Source: a virus
Direction: 5' to 3' (one strand)
Virus genome (UHGV): UHGV-0141541
Length of the DNA: 64,000 nucleotides
The notes under the pieces are model-generated. The model saw nothing but the letters and a program-made list of their open reading frames with translations, was not told where the DNA came from and made no database searches. Position 1 is the first letter of the stretch, and each line of letters starts with the position of its first letter. Shown here piece after piece: positions 1-10,036 of this stretch. The position numbers and the translations under genes were made by a program.

Positions 1-21
1 AAATCGATACTGGAAAAAACT

Positions 22-423
22 CTAACTCGGTGGCCAGTTTTTGTTGACCACTTCAGACACCTTTAATTTTTGACCTTCAAGGATCAGCACATCATCAAGT
101 TGTACAGCCGCTTCTAAAGGGACAACTAACACAGCATCAAACAGCTCCAGACTCGCCTTACCACGACTACCAGAGCTATCAGCACGAACTGACGATTTCT
201 CATTACTCTGTTCGAACTTAACCACGCCGACATTCGTCTTCCTGACGAATTGTAATTGCGCCTCGCCGTAAACGTTCTTTGCGCCAAAGCGGTAGATCGC
301 AATTTCTGTTTGCCACGAAATATTCATGCTCTCTCTCTGTTGTTGTCGGTCGCTCTCATTACTGGCCAAAAACCCTTTCGACCAAAAGTAAATAATGCGA
401 CTGGCGTTACGCACGGCGAACAA
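22..423 (-). CDS. hypothetical protein, downstream end of head module (possible head-tail joining component)
   Basis: 133 aa ORF co-oriented with and overlapping the end of the upstream head-module gene; no motif recognised; true start may be internal (MNISWQ). Confidence 0.4.
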   Translation of the reverse strand: MFAVRNASRIIYFWSKGFLASNESDRQQQRESMNISWQTEIAIYRFGAKNVYGEAQLQFVRKTNVGVVKFEQSNEKSSVRADSSGSRGKASLELFDAVLVVPLEAAVQLDDVLILEGQKLKVSEVVNKNWPPS

Positions 424-1240
424 TCATACGGTTATTGATGTAACTGACCAGCAAGCGCCAGGTACTGCGAGCCACATGCACGTTTGCAGCTTTACCGGTA
501 CGGTACATGTTGGTTGTTTCACCGATTGACTCTGACAAAATGCCATCCTCTCGTGCTGCGGCAACATCATTGCCATTTGCGATCTCACACGCTTCGTTGA
601 CAACGGCAAGCATCAACGCTTCTTTGAAGTAGTCAGGGAACTCTTCAAACTTCTCCTGCGTCATCTTTTCCCAATCGACTAAATCATGCCGGTACGCTCC
701 ATCTGCTCCCCACGGAATGTCATACACATTCAGCATATTTTGAGGGCGATCGTATCGGTCAAAGTCGATACGTAGAATTTTGCGGATTGAGAACGGTAAA
801 GTTTTAATTCGTCTGGTAGCCTCAATGAGACGCTTGCGCATTAAGCCTTCACCATCCGACAGCAAAGTGTCCCCATTCAGCATATCGATCGCCTGCATTT
901 GAGCATCAGCGACAGTTGCAAACGACTGTTCTGGTATCGACAGTTCAAAACTATTCAGCAGAACATACATTTGCCGCTCTTCATGCGTCAGACCCGATGC
1001 AACAGCCTTCACAATGACGTACCGCAGATCTCGCTCTTTCTCAGAGAGCTGGTTATATTCAGCCGACACGACAACCGGAATCGACATTTGACCGCTGGTA
1101 ATTTCTAGCGGCTCGCCATCAACGAGAATAGCCCCGGTGCTGTCCTTTACTGTGTAGGTAGCAGATTCGATATCCAGCACGTTGAAGGCAAATGAAAGAG
1201 AAACAGCTTCACCGCTACGATACGAGTCGATCTGCGCCAT
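407..1240 (-). CDS. hypothetical structural (head completion/neck?) protein
   Basis: 277 aa ORF in head operon immediately downstream of the Ig-like and capsid genes; function inferred from position only. Confidence 0.5.
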   Translation of the reverse strand: MAQIDSYRSGEAVSLSFAFNVLDIESATYTVKDSTGAILVDGEPLEITSGQMSIPVVVSAEYNQLSEKERDLRYVIVKAVASGLTHEERQMYVLLNSFELSIPEQSFATVADAQMQAIDMLNGDTLLSDGEGLMRKRLIEATRRIKTLPFSIRKILRIDFDRYDRPQNMLNVYDIPWGADGAYRHDLVDWEKMTQEKFEEFPDYFKEALMLAVVNEACEIANGNDVAAAREDGILSESIGETTNMYRTGKAANVHVARSTWRLLVSYINNRMIVRRA

Positions 1241-1674
1241 TACTCACCGCCTTGTGCTTTCAGGATGCCGTCAATCATTTCGACAATTCCTTTCGCTTTA
1301 ACACCAACCTGATTACCAATAACTCGTAGACCGGCAATACCTTCGTTGTCTGCAATGGACTCCAGCTCTTCTCGTGTGAAAGTCTGAATCTGTTTGGCCG
1401 GTTCATCTGGTGTCCCACGTTTCATTGGCACAATGTCAGGCGCTGCTGGCTCGGTAATCAGGTCTGCGGTCAATTCACCACGATCACTGTATGCGGCAGA
1501 CGGAGAAACATTTTTGCCCTCTACTGTTGACGCTCGCATTGAAGCACAAATCCTCTGCTGATCGATAAAAGGCAACTCTGCGACGGACACCCCATTCTCG
1601 AACTGAACGCCGCACAACATTCCCGAATAACCGGAAAATTGCGGTTCTAATAAAACAATTTTTGCTGGTTTCAT
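1240..1674 (-). CDS. hypothetical protein (head module)
   Basis: 144 aa ORF, stop/start abutting neighbours in head operon. Confidence 0.5.
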   Translation of the reverse strand: MKPAKIVLLEPQFSGYSGMLCGVQFENGVSVAELPFIDQQRICASMRASTVEGKNVSPSAAYSDRGELTADLITEPAAPDIVPMKRGTPDEPAKQIQTFTREELESIADNEGIAGLRVIGNQVGVKAKGIVEMIDGILKAQGGE

Positions 1675-1718
1675 AACGCTTTCTCTCTACATGGGCGGCG
1701 AAAGCCGCCCAATATCGG

Positions 1719-2639
1719 TTATTCCTGTGCGACAGTAACTTCTACAGTCGCTGTCGCTTTGTGGCTACCATCTTGGGTAGTAACCTCGATTGTGGCAGTG
1801 CCAGCCGCAACACCAGTTACAACACCGGTTTCGCTGTCCACCGTTGCAAACTCGGTATTTTTGGATTCCCAAGTAACGGTTTTATTTGTTGCTCCTGCCG
1901 GCTCGACATTTGCGGTCAGCTGAACAGTTTTGTTTGCCTCAACGGTTGTGCTATTTGGGTCGATTTCGACACCAGTAACAGCCACAACAGGCGCAGTTAC
2001 TTCCACCGTTGCAGTTGCCTTTTTGCTGCCATCTTGGGAAACGATCTCAATCGTCGCAGTGCCAACTTCTACACCAGTAACGTTCCCGCTCTGGTCTACC
2101 GTTGCCTTGTCTTCATTTTTGGAAGACCAGGTAACTGCCTTATTCGTCGCATTTGACGGCTGAACATTCGCTTTCAGACTGACTGATTTCCCTTTCTCAA
2201 CAGAGGTTGAGTCTGGCGTTACCGTTACGGATTGAACGGCTACCGGATTTACGGTGACTTCCACTGACGCGGAAAGCTGGGTTTCCTGATCAGTTGCGGT
2301 AATTTTCACTTTGCCTGGTGCTACGCCAGTTACTAATCCAGTGCCGTTGACGGTTGCAATTTGATCATTGGCTGACTTCCAGGTGAATGAACTGGCACTC
2401 TTACCCATAGTAATACCTGCACTAAGTTGAACAGTTTTCCCAACCAAAACTGACGGTGAAGCCGGGGTTATGTTTACGGATTGGGAGAAGGGAACCGCCT
2501 GCAAACAAGCAGATAGCTGACTTTGTTGTCGCTCGGTTAAAGGTTCATCGGAGATAGAATTGGTAAATCCGGCACGGCACATATGCCCCGTAAAATCCGA
2601 AAATGCCTCTTCCGTAATCTTCATCTTTTGTTCTGGCAT
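1719..2639 (-). CDS. Ig-like (Big_2-type) domain protein, probable capsid decoration protein
   Basis: 306 aa; three repeats of the bacterial Ig-like pattern ATV(x)G(x)VTGVxxGxATIEVT; lies directly downstream of the putative major capsid gene. Confidence 0.75.
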   Translation of the reverse strand: MPEQKMKITEEAFSDFTGHMCRAGFTNSISDEPLTERQQSQLSACLQAVPFSQSVNITPASPSVLVGKTVQLSAGITMGKSASSFTWKSANDQIATVNGTGLVTGVAPGKVKITATDQETQLSASVEVTVNPVAVQSVTVTPDSTSVEKGKSVSLKANVQPSNATNKAVTWSSKNEDKATVDQSGNVTGVEVGTATIEIVSQDGSKKATATVEVTAPVVAVTGVEIDPNSTTVEANKTVQLTANVEPAGATNKTVTWESKNTEFATVDSETGVVTGVAAGTATIEVTTQDGSHKATATVEVTVAQE

Positions 2640-2651
2640 TTCTCGCTCCTA

Positions 2652-2684
2652 CAAAAAGGGTGGGCGTATAGCCCACCCTTTAAC
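2652..2684 (-). terminator. intrinsic terminator/attenuator after capsid gene
   Basis: minus-strand hairpin AAAGGGTGGGC-TATA-CGCCCACCCTTT followed by TTTTT, between capsid stop and Ig-like gene RBS. Confidence 0.5.
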
Positions 2685-2712
2685 ATAGATAATTACTTAT
2701 CTACTGCATTGA

Positions 2713-3588
2713 TTAAATTTTTACATTGGTCAATGCAGCGATAGCCTTATCGTGCTTATTCGCCAGAGAGCAGTACCACTTCACACGGGTACGTACTGCG
2801 TCTTTGTTCTGTACAGTACCAATGTTTTCAACAACGATACCTGCGTTGTCGCCGCCATACAGACCTGTAACGCCGTTCTCTTCTGACAGATGCAGGCAGT
2901 AGATGCTTGCTTTGCCAGAATCGGTCGGGATGAAGTCGTTGATGATGAACGGAACGCCGTTATGACACAGCATCGGACGACCGAAGTTCTCCATCATGAT
3001 TTCAGACGGGCCTACGTTTACTGTACGCAGCAGCGCACGGTAAGCACGCAGGTGCTCTGAACGCATCATGATGCAGTCAGCACCAAGATCTTTCACCGCA
3101 TCGACCAGTTCGTCGAACATAGAGAAAGTCATAGATGCACCGGCGATATCGATCTTCTGATCTGCGTGCATCAGGCGTGGAATGCCGTCAAACGCCTTGT
3201 TGTTGGAGCTGGAGTCACCCAAAATCAGGTTGCGACGGAACGCACGAGCCAGACCTTTAACTTTCTGACGAACCTGAATAGCCAACTGGTTGTTGGTGTC
3301 GGCCATAGTGGTCGCCAGGAATTTATCAACGTCTACGTCACCAGCCAGAATACGCAGTTTCGCAACGCATTCTTCGAAGGTTGCTGCACCTTCAGGGATG
3401 GTGTCGTTAACGTCGATGAAGGTAGCTTCACTCAGCGTTTTTTCACGGTTGTACAGATATGCCTTTGAATTAATTTTCATAAAAGGCAGGATGGCAAACA
3501 GGTCATCGCGATCGATGATAGTTTCGATCACACCCTGTTCAAGTTCGTTGTTAGACAGCTTTTCAGCTTCTTCACGCAGTAATGGCAT
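2713..3588 (-). CDS. major capsid protein (putative)
   Basis: 291 aa ORF in the order terminase - portal - scaffold - this gene - Ig-like decoration; followed by an attenuator hairpin as expected for a highly expressed capsid gene; no sequence motif verified. Confidence 0.55.
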   Translation of the reverse strand: MPLLREEAEKLSNNELEQGVIETIIDRDDLFAILPFMKINSKAYLYNREKTLSEATFIDVNDTIPEGAATFEECVAKLRILAGDVDVDKFLATTMADTNNQLAIQVRQKVKGLARAFRRNLILGDSSSNNKAFDGIPRLMHADQKIDIAGASMTFSMFDELVDAVKDLGADCIMMRSEHLRAYRALLRTVNVGPSEIMMENFGRPMLCHNGVPFIINDFIPTDSGKASIYCLHLSEENGVTGLYGGDNAGIVVENIGTVQNKDAVRTRVKWYCSLANKHDKAIAALTNVKI

Positions 3589-3613
3589 CTATCAATTCCC
3601 TTTGATTTAGATG

Positions 3614-4501
3614 TTACTTAAGTCCAATTTTCCCCAGACCGGAGGCCAACTTATCCATAGTCGACTTGTTCTTCGGTTGGGATATTGTGTAGGTCGATTT
3701 GGAATGTGAGCCTACACCCTGCTTGGCTTCGCTACGCATCAATGCGTCAGCTTCCGGATCTGCCCGCACAATGCGTTCAATCGCGGATTCAAACGGCAAC
3801 GGCTTACCTTCACCGTCAACCAGAACAGCTCGTTCTTTGTGACCTGCCGGTTTGTCATAACCCACTACGCTACCGTCTTCACCCACTTCAAAATGAGAAC
3901 CGTAGATCACGCGGGCTTTGGCCGGGGTCATCAGAACTTTGTCACGTAGGAAGAGAGAGTTACTGAAGGAAGCGCCCACGGTCATCTCGACTAATTGAGA
4001 TTTCAGTGATGCGTTTTCACTTTCCAGTGCTGCATAACGTTCGTCACGCTGTGCCAGCTCTGCCTGGTGTGCTTCGATCATCTGTTTTTTAACAGCATCG
4101 AACTCACCACGACGCTCCAGTTCAGCTTGCTCCGCCTCACGACGTGCGTTTTCTGCGGCCTGTTCAGCTTCTAAAAGCTGGCGAGCACGAGCCGGATCGA
4201 TATCACCGTACTGAGCAAGCTGATCGGCCAATGTGCGCTCTTTCTCTTTGCGCTTCATGTTCTCCTTCAGCAGTTCAGCACCAGCTTTCTTGGTTTTACG
4301 AAGTTCGGCCAGTAACTCTTCCTGAGTCATGCCAGCGTATTCGTCATCGCCCTTCGGCTGCTCTTTTTGTTCACCCTGTTTGTCAGGATCTTGTGTACTC
4401 TGCTCATTATCAGCAGCTACACCGCCAGCGCCTCCACGCTCATGCGCTTCAGCGACATCCATCAGACCACGACGGGCCAAAAGCATTTGCCACAGATTCA
4501 T
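3614..4501 (-). CDS. scaffolding protein (putative)
   Basis: 295 aa; long E/A/Q/R-rich predicted coiled coil in the N-terminal half; located between portal and capsid genes. Confidence 0.45.
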   Translation of the reverse strand: MNLWQMLLARRGLMDVAEAHERGGAGGVAADNEQSTQDPDKQGEQKEQPKGDDEYAGMTQEELLAELRKTKKAGAELLKENMKRKEKERTLADQLAQYGDIDPARARQLLEAEQAAENARREAEQAELERRGEFDAVKKQMIEAHQAELAQRDERYAALESENASLKSQLVEMTVGASFSNSLFLRDKVLMTPAKARVIYGSHFEVGEDGSVVGYDKPAGHKERAVLVDGEGKPLPFESAIERIVRADPEADALMRSEAKQGVGSHSKSTYTISQPKNKSTMDKLASGLGKIGLK

Positions 4502-4522
4502 AAAAATTCCTTTTGTTACTTA

Positions 4523-6097
4523 TCACTCGTTCTCTTGAGTAGATGAGTCCCCATTCCCTCGGGGTTGATCTTGCCCGCTTTCTTGGGCTGCACCACGATC
4601 ATAAGTAAGTACTGACTTATTTTCAAGGGTGTTTAGATCATTTTTTGGAGGAAAATTCAAGAGATCTTTATCAAATTCCTTTTTCATCGCCTCAGTAATG
4701 TTCGGGAAAATCTTCTCAATAAGCATTTCCATCTGGTGACGACGTACAGAGTCCGGTGCCTGAAGTAATGACAGTTTCTCGGCAACAGAAAATTCATCAG
4801 TAAGGCCACGAATATCGAAACTTTCTGGATACGCAATTAAAGAGTGGTCTTCGTCCAGATCTACCCCCATCCATTTCGCAACCAGTAGCATGATTTGGCG
4901 TTCAGCCCTTTCCAGACGCTCTGCTTTTGTGACAAGCAAGCTATTTACACGCTGGAAGTCATACATTTTTGCGGCACCAGATGAATTATCGATTCCCTGT
5001 GCGTTGTCCTGCTTCGTTCGCTCACCAGCTACACCAACTGAATGGTAGATTTCGTTAATCACCGTCTTAATCGTAGTGATGATCATCTGAGCTTGTTTCG
5101 GGTCTGGTGACAGATAAAACGGCTGGTTTCCACCTTCAGAATCGTAGGTGAAGACTCGCTTTGTGCCCATTTCAAGCACTTTAGTGTGGTTTTCATCACC
5201 AGGTAAAAGCGACTGTACCGGTATAGCCAACTGGCTAAATGTCTGATCCTGAATAATGGCATCAAGGTTTGACAGATAGTTTGCAACCGCACGATCAAGA
5301 TAAGCGATATCATCGATTAACGATGGGCTGAAATACGGTGATTCACTTTCTCCAATACAATCAACAGGAAACACAGGAACTACGCCGAGATTATGCTCAC
5401 CGCTATCCTCTAAAATAACTTTTGCCTGACGGCGACCTGCTCCACCAGCGCCCTTCTTCACTTCCTCACGGAACAGATACCACTCGTTTTGTGTCCACAG
5501 ACGATAACGTTGGTATTCCTGACCTGTAGAAGTAAAAGGATCTGCGTCATCACGAGCGACTTCCACAATTAACGCCCATAACATATTCCCGTCGTCGTCC
5601 CATGCCACATCCAGCATTTGCTGAGGTGAAATCCAGTAGGCGTAGGCACGAGCATCTTTCTTTTTCTCGTCAGCTACTGACTCAACATCACCACTCATTG
5701 TGCTATCAACAACAACCCAGATACGGCCGTAGATTGACGATTGCAAATCAATGGCGGCCATAAATGAGTCAATAGAGGCATTCTGGCGAGTCGCACGTTT
5801 CCAGAAATTGCGGATCTGCTCTGGTGCCTCTTCGATATTTCTATGAATGTCTTCTTTAAAGAGATATTTGTTGATGAGGTTTACCACCTCACGAGTGTGG
5901 TTGAAGCGATAAGCACGCTCAACTCGCTCCTTAAACTCCTGATCTCCCTCTTTAAAGTAACGAAAGATATTGTCTGTAAACCAACCACGCCCGCCAGCGT
6001 AAGTGCTGGCGAGGAAGTCCCAATGTTCTTTTTTCTTTTCGTATTCCGGGTGGCGTCGCGCCACCAGATCCTTAATTTGTTTGTCGTTCAATTCCAT
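4523..6097 (-). CDS. portal protein (putative)
   Basis: 524 aa ORF immediately downstream of terminase large subunit; size and position typical of portal; no motif verified. Confidence 0.55.
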   Translation of the reverse strand: MELNDKQIKDLVARRHPEYEKKKEHWDFLASTYAGGRGWFTDNIFRYFKEGDQEFKERVERAYRFNHTREVVNLINKYLFKEDIHRNIEEAPEQIRNFWKRATRQNASIDSFMAAIDLQSSIYGRIWVVVDSTMSGDVESVADEKKKDARAYAYWISPQQMLDVAWDDDGNMLWALIVEVARDDADPFTSTGQEYQRYRLWTQNEWYLFREEVKKGAGGAGRRQAKVILEDSGEHNLGVVPVFPVDCIGESESPYFSPSLIDDIAYLDRAVANYLSNLDAIIQDQTFSQLAIPVQSLLPGDENHTKVLEMGTKRVFTYDSEGGNQPFYLSPDPKQAQMIITTIKTVINEIYHSVGVAGERTKQDNAQGIDNSSGAAKMYDFQRVNSLLVTKAERLERAERQIMLLVAKWMGVDLDEDHSLIAYPESFDIRGLTDEFSVAEKLSLLQAPDSVRRHQMEMLIEKIFPNITEAMKKEFDKDLLNFPPKNDLNTLENKSVLTYDRGAAQESGQDQPRGNGDSSTQENE

Positions 6098-6123
6098 TTG
6101 AATAACCTTAGATAACCACTTAC

Positions 6124-7380
6124 CTATCGAGAACCACCAAGAATAACACGGTTTTTGACTGGATACCTACGATGTACTGGATAGCCCAATGCGTCTGCAC
6201 TATGCTCAATGCCACCTGTCTTATCCATATCTCGTGTTCCAGGCTTGTAGATGACTTTTTCCAGTGAATCAATCAAATGCTTGCACTTCGGATCGATATA
6301 CAGCCGGATATCTCCAGATGCGGACATCAGCATTCGGTTAACAGCATTAACACGATCCGCAATTGGCGGGTGCTTTTTCGAATAATCGACACGTAAGAAT
6401 CCCTTCTCTTTGAATATGTCTACGTCAGACTCCCCACGAGCATGTTGGCGATAAGCACCTGCCGGATCTGGAAATACCGTTACCTGTGATTTCCAGCGCC
6501 AGAAGCGTCTCTCAAGCTCATCACAAACTTCTGCCGTGTTAGAGGAAAAGAGCACCAATTCATCAATTGCCCATAGCTCACCATTTGGCTGAGGTTGCAA
6601 AATTACTGAAGACATCGGGTCAATGTTGAAGTCCTGCCCTACCCATATAGGCAACCGAGGGTTGAACTGAAGCGGTTTTACATGCACGTTACGATCGAAC
6701 GGGTAGTAAACGCGCCCGGACATGTTCTCAAAGCTGGCCAGGTACTCCTGAGCGAACGATTTGGGGTCCATATCGTTCTTAGCAGCTTCAATTTCCGCCG
6801 TAGGTACAAACGGAGAATCGGCAGTTACAAACTGCCAGCTCTTCCACTGTCCCTTTCTTTGCAGCTCTACGTTCTGGCCTATAGTCCACAGTTTGTGAAA
6901 TTCCGAGAAGCCTTTTGGCGTACCAATGATCAGTGCACCGCCGCGTGTCGATGAAAGAGTAGGTCGTAACACCTTGTACCAGGTGTCAGCCTTCATATCC
7001 TGAAATTCATCAAGCACTACAAAATGCAACGCTACGCCGCGCAGAGTGTCAGGCTTATCAGCACCTTTGAGGGCGATCTCCGAACCGTTCTTCAACACGA
7101 TTGTCATCGTGGTGTCGTTCTTTTTCCTAACCCACTTACGAGGCAGAACTTCCTGTAGATCGTCCCACAAAATCTGGCGAGCCATCTGGTAAGTAGGAGC
7201 GACATACCAGACCCTTTGCTTTTTTTCCTTTGCCGCCGCACGAATAATAGTGGAGATCGACAACCGGGATTTTCCCCAGCGTCGACCAGCACAAACAACT
7301 TTAAATCGATGCGGAGACTGGAAGACTTTCATCTGTCCAGAATGCAGTTGCACAAGACTGAGCGAGGACGGGATTGCCAT
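6124..7380 (-). CDS. terminase large subunit
   Basis: 418 aa; Walker A-like CAGRRWGKS, Walker B VVLDEF, C-terminal nuclease-like region; precedes portal. Confidence 0.85.
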   Translation of the reverse strand: MAIPSSLSLVQLHSGQMKVFQSPHRFKVVCAGRRWGKSRLSISTIIRAAAKEKKQRVWYVAPTYQMARQILWDDLQEVLPRKWVRKKNDTTMTIVLKNGSEIALKGADKPDTLRGVALHFVVLDEFQDMKADTWYKVLRPTLSSTRGGALIIGTPKGFSEFHKLWTIGQNVELQRKGQWKSWQFVTADSPFVPTAEIEAAKNDMDPKSFAQEYLASFENMSGRVYYPFDRNVHVKPLQFNPRLPIWVGQDFNIDPMSSVILQPQPNGELWAIDELVLFSSNTAEVCDELERRFWRWKSQVTVFPDPAGAYRQHARGESDVDIFKEKGFLRVDYSKKHPPIADRVNAVNRMLMSASGDIRLYIDPKCKHLIDSLEKVIYKPGTRDMDKTGGIEHSADALGYPVHRRYPVKNRVILGGSR

Positions 7381-8012
7381 TATTCGTCCTCCCCTTCACT
7401 TCCATCATCTGTCGCATCAAATTCGCTTAGAGCTTCTTCTTCCAACGTCTCAAGCAATTCGTCATCGATGATTTCAGGCTCGTCGTCTTCCTGACGTAAT
7501 TTCGCCACCTGGGAAGGCGTAAGCTCACCAAATACCAGGTTCGGAATTTCTTCCTCGTCATTTTCCGCATGATCCATGCCCAATGCTTTGGACGAAACTT
7601 CAAAGCATTTTGCAAGGGTATTACTGGCTCTCTGTAAGCTCTTGAGAGAATCCTCAATCGCCCCTAAAGGCTTACCCTCACGTTTGGCCGTAGTGACTTC
7701 GACCATCACCATCTGCCCCAACGCATACGCCCAGCCGTCATAACGTGTACGACGTTCTTCTATCTTTTCCGCACGGGCTTTAGCGCGAAGCTCTGCGTCA
7801 GATTTAAGAGACTCACGAACCATCTTCCCAACAGAGTCCGCGCCTTTCTCTAATCCTCGCTTTTTGAAATGTCTGGAGAGTGTTTCACGACGAATGCCGT
7901 ACTCTTCCTCCAGCTTTGAGAGTGTATATTCGCCTGACGTCCATTTGGCTTCAGCTTCGGCCCACTCCGCTGGTGTCAGGCGAGTTTTTACCTCGTCTTT
8001 TTCGACCGTCAT
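7380..8012 (-). CDS. terminase small subunit (putative)
   Basis: 210 aa, overlaps terL start by 1 nt; N-terminal helix-turn-helix-like region and very acidic C-terminus; RBS GAGGG upstream. Confidence 0.5.
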   Translation of the reverse strand: MTVEKDEVKTRLTPAEWAEAEAKWTSGEYTLSKLEEEYGIRRETLSRHFKKRGLEKGADSVGKMVRESLKSDAELRAKARAEKIEERRTRYDGWAYALGQMVMVEVTTAKREGKPLGAIEDSLKSLQRASNTLAKCFEVSSKALGMDHAENDEEEIPNLVFGELTPSQVAKLRQEDDEPEIIDDELLETLEEEALSEFDATDDGSEGEDE

Positions 8013-8124
8013 AGATCCCTCTAAAACACACAGAGCGCGTCCATGCGCTCTAAAACAACTTGTTTACTGCATCTGCTAACCAACTTGTTTTCTGGGGTGT
8101 TTAATTAGGTCTGGCATGTCTTAC

Positions 8125-8185
8125 GAAGCCTGCTTCCGTATATATTTAATAAGTTACTTATTATTTATATATACAGATGCAGGTC
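8125..8185. promoter_or_regulatory. IR-flanked AT-rich element (copy A), upstream of terminase operon
   Basis: GCCTGCTTC ... GATGCAGGTC arms around the AT-rich core TATATATTTAATAAG...TATTTATATATACAGA; near-identical to 37174-37233. Confidence 0.5.
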
Positions 8186-8207
8186 TTTAAATAAGCTCCC
8201 AGACCGA

Positions 8208-8474
8208 TTACATCACCAGTAACTTCGCTTTGGCTCGACCTAAAGTGGTTAACCCAAGAGTTCGGCGGTGATAGCGATTGTCACTGCGTTGGCGCGTATG
8301 CCCTTTCTCCACCAGCCCCTTTTTTATCAGAGCGCGAATTGAGAACTGGATACTTTGCTTGGTTGTCTTGTACGGCAAAACTTCAAGCAATTCGTCCAGG
8401 TCAAGTAGATGACCTCGCTCATAACCGAGATTGAGCGTTTTGATGATGTCCTTTTGTTTATCGGTTAACGTCAT
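8208..8474 (-). CDS. small basic putative winged-helix DNA-binding protein
   Basis: 88 aa, last gene of the ParB/ATPase/GNAT operon; helix-rich basic sequence; fold assignment is a guess. Confidence 0.4.
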   Translation of the reverse strand: MTLTDKQKDIIKTLNLGYERGHLLDLDELLEVLPYKTTKQSIQFSIRALIKKGLVEKGHTRQRSDNRYHRRTLGLTTLGRAKAKLLVM

Positions 8475-8483
8475 GGCAAATCC

Positions 8484-9374
8484 TTATGCCGGTAAAGCAA
8501 TTTCTAACGGTTTATCCAAAGGTTGTTTGTCGAATGCCAGCAGTGGCAGCGTGTCAGGCAGTCGACGGCCAAAGTCAGGGTTTCGGTACACACCATACAA
8601 CGGAGACGTAAAGCTCAGGTTGTGAATGTCCTTGAGCAGCTTCACAATGCTGGCCTCGTCCACCAGACTGTCGGCAATGTCCTGAATCGTCGTGCCACGA
8701 TTCCGCCCAGCTTTTGCCAGGGAACTGTTCTTGTGGTAGTCCGCCACCAGATCACGCAGTGCACGGCGACGACGAGACTCGCTCATTGCGAACAACTCTT
8801 TGACGATCGCCTCGTTATCACCCGGGTCGGAACGGAAATGGCGCTGGAATACACGCAGTGCACTTTCATAGCTCTTCGGTCGCTCAGGGCGGATGAACTT
8901 AAACCCTGCTTTCATGGCGAAGGGATTGTATTTGCTCATCGAGGACTGGATCTCAATGATTGGCCGGTCATGCATCCTGCTAACTAGGTTAATCATTCGA
9001 TAAGAGACGCCTACGCCACGATACTGAGTATCCACAACTGAGCGACTGATCACCGCAAAGTTGTTATTCACGTACCGACCCCAGTACTGGTTAGCCACGG
9101 TGGTATTAGTGGTTGGTTTCAACTTAGGAAACATGCGGTGGCGAGGTGCCAGCAGTAGTTTCGGGTAAGCCATAACCACGACGCCCACCAGACGGTCATC
9201 AAGTTCGCAGCGATAGTAAGTTGGCGCGAAAGGTTTGCCGTCTGTTTTGTAGTGAAGCGACTTAAGAGCGTGCCAGTCCTCTACAGTTCCCTTTGTGACA
9301 GTCATTCGCTCCAGAAAGTCCAGATGACGCGGAAACTCTTCAGGGCGGTAGCGTTTAATGATGATGTCCGTCAT
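8484..9374 (-). CDS. GNAT-family acetyltransferase domain protein with C-terminal extension
   Basis: 296 aa; GNAT motif A-like VDTQYRGVGVSYRMINLV and motif B-like NPFAMKAGFKFI; 4-nt overlap with upstream ATPase gene. Confidence 0.55.
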   Translation of the reverse strand: MTDIIIKRYRPEEFPRHLDFLERMTVTKGTVEDWHALKSLHYKTDGKPFAPTYYRCELDDRLVGVVVMAYPKLLLAPRHRMFPKLKPTTNTTVANQYWGRYVNNNFAVISRSVVDTQYRGVGVSYRMINLVSRMHDRPIIEIQSSMSKYNPFAMKAGFKFIRPERPKSYESALRVFQRHFRSDPGDNEAIVKELFAMSESRRRRALRDLVADYHKNSSLAKAGRNRGTTIQDIADSLVDEASIVKLLKDIHNLSFTSPLYGVYRNPDFGRRLPDTLPLLAFDKQPLDKPLEIALPA

Positions 9375-10036
9375 AAATGAACCTCATCATGACTACCATT
9401 GTGATATTCCACCTTCACGCGTTCTTTGTAGTGCTTGGTGATCTGCATATCCGGGCGCAGCGCGTTCTTCAGGTCTTCGTGAGTCGTCGCCACCATTACC
9501 GTCGCACCAACCTTTCGAGCGGCACGCTGGAGGTTAGATGCCACAACCTGAGCGGTTACACGGTCTAGAACAGCACCGAACTCGTCAGCAGCCCACACTT
9601 TAGCGCCTGACTCAATCAGTTTGGCAATCTTGAGACGATATTTCTGACCGTCTGACATTTCAGAAGGCTTGCGAACAAACAGATATGCATCGTTCAGACC
9701 AGCCATAGATAACAACCCAAGCGCATCGCTGGTCGTTTTGCCCAACTGATCGATGACGTTAACCTCATTATCGAAGGTAAAATCATCGATGGAGGCTACA
9801 GACAGCCCTTCATCCTTCATCTGTCGTTGCAACTCGCGCAGCACAACGGATTTGCCGGAACCGGATTGGCCGGTGATGTACACCACATCGCCCTGCTTCA
9901 CTTCCAGCTCCAGATTGTCGTAAAGCGTCCACTCTTTTTCGTCCAGGCCAAGCCCGAACGACTCAGCGATTTCCAACGTGCGCGTGGTTTTATTTACGCG
10001 TGTCTGAAACGATACGTTGATGATGTATTTGTTCAT
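9371..10036 (-). CDS. ABC-type ATPase (nucleotide-binding domain only)
   Basis: 221 aa; Walker A GQSGSGKS, ABC signature-like SDGQKYR, Walker B VWAADEFG, H-loop TTHE; no transmembrane partner adjacent. Confidence 0.7.
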   Translation of the reverse strand: MNKYIINVSFQTRVNKTTRTLEIAESFGLGLDEKEWTLYDNLELEVKQGDVVYITGQSGSGKSVVLRELQRQMKDEGLSVASIDDFTFDNEVNVIDQLGKTTSDALGLLSMAGLNDAYLFVRKPSEMSDGQKYRLKIAKLIESGAKVWAADEFGAVLDRVTAQVVASNLQRAARKVGATVMVATTHEDLKNALRPDMQITKHYKERVKVEYHNGSHDEVHL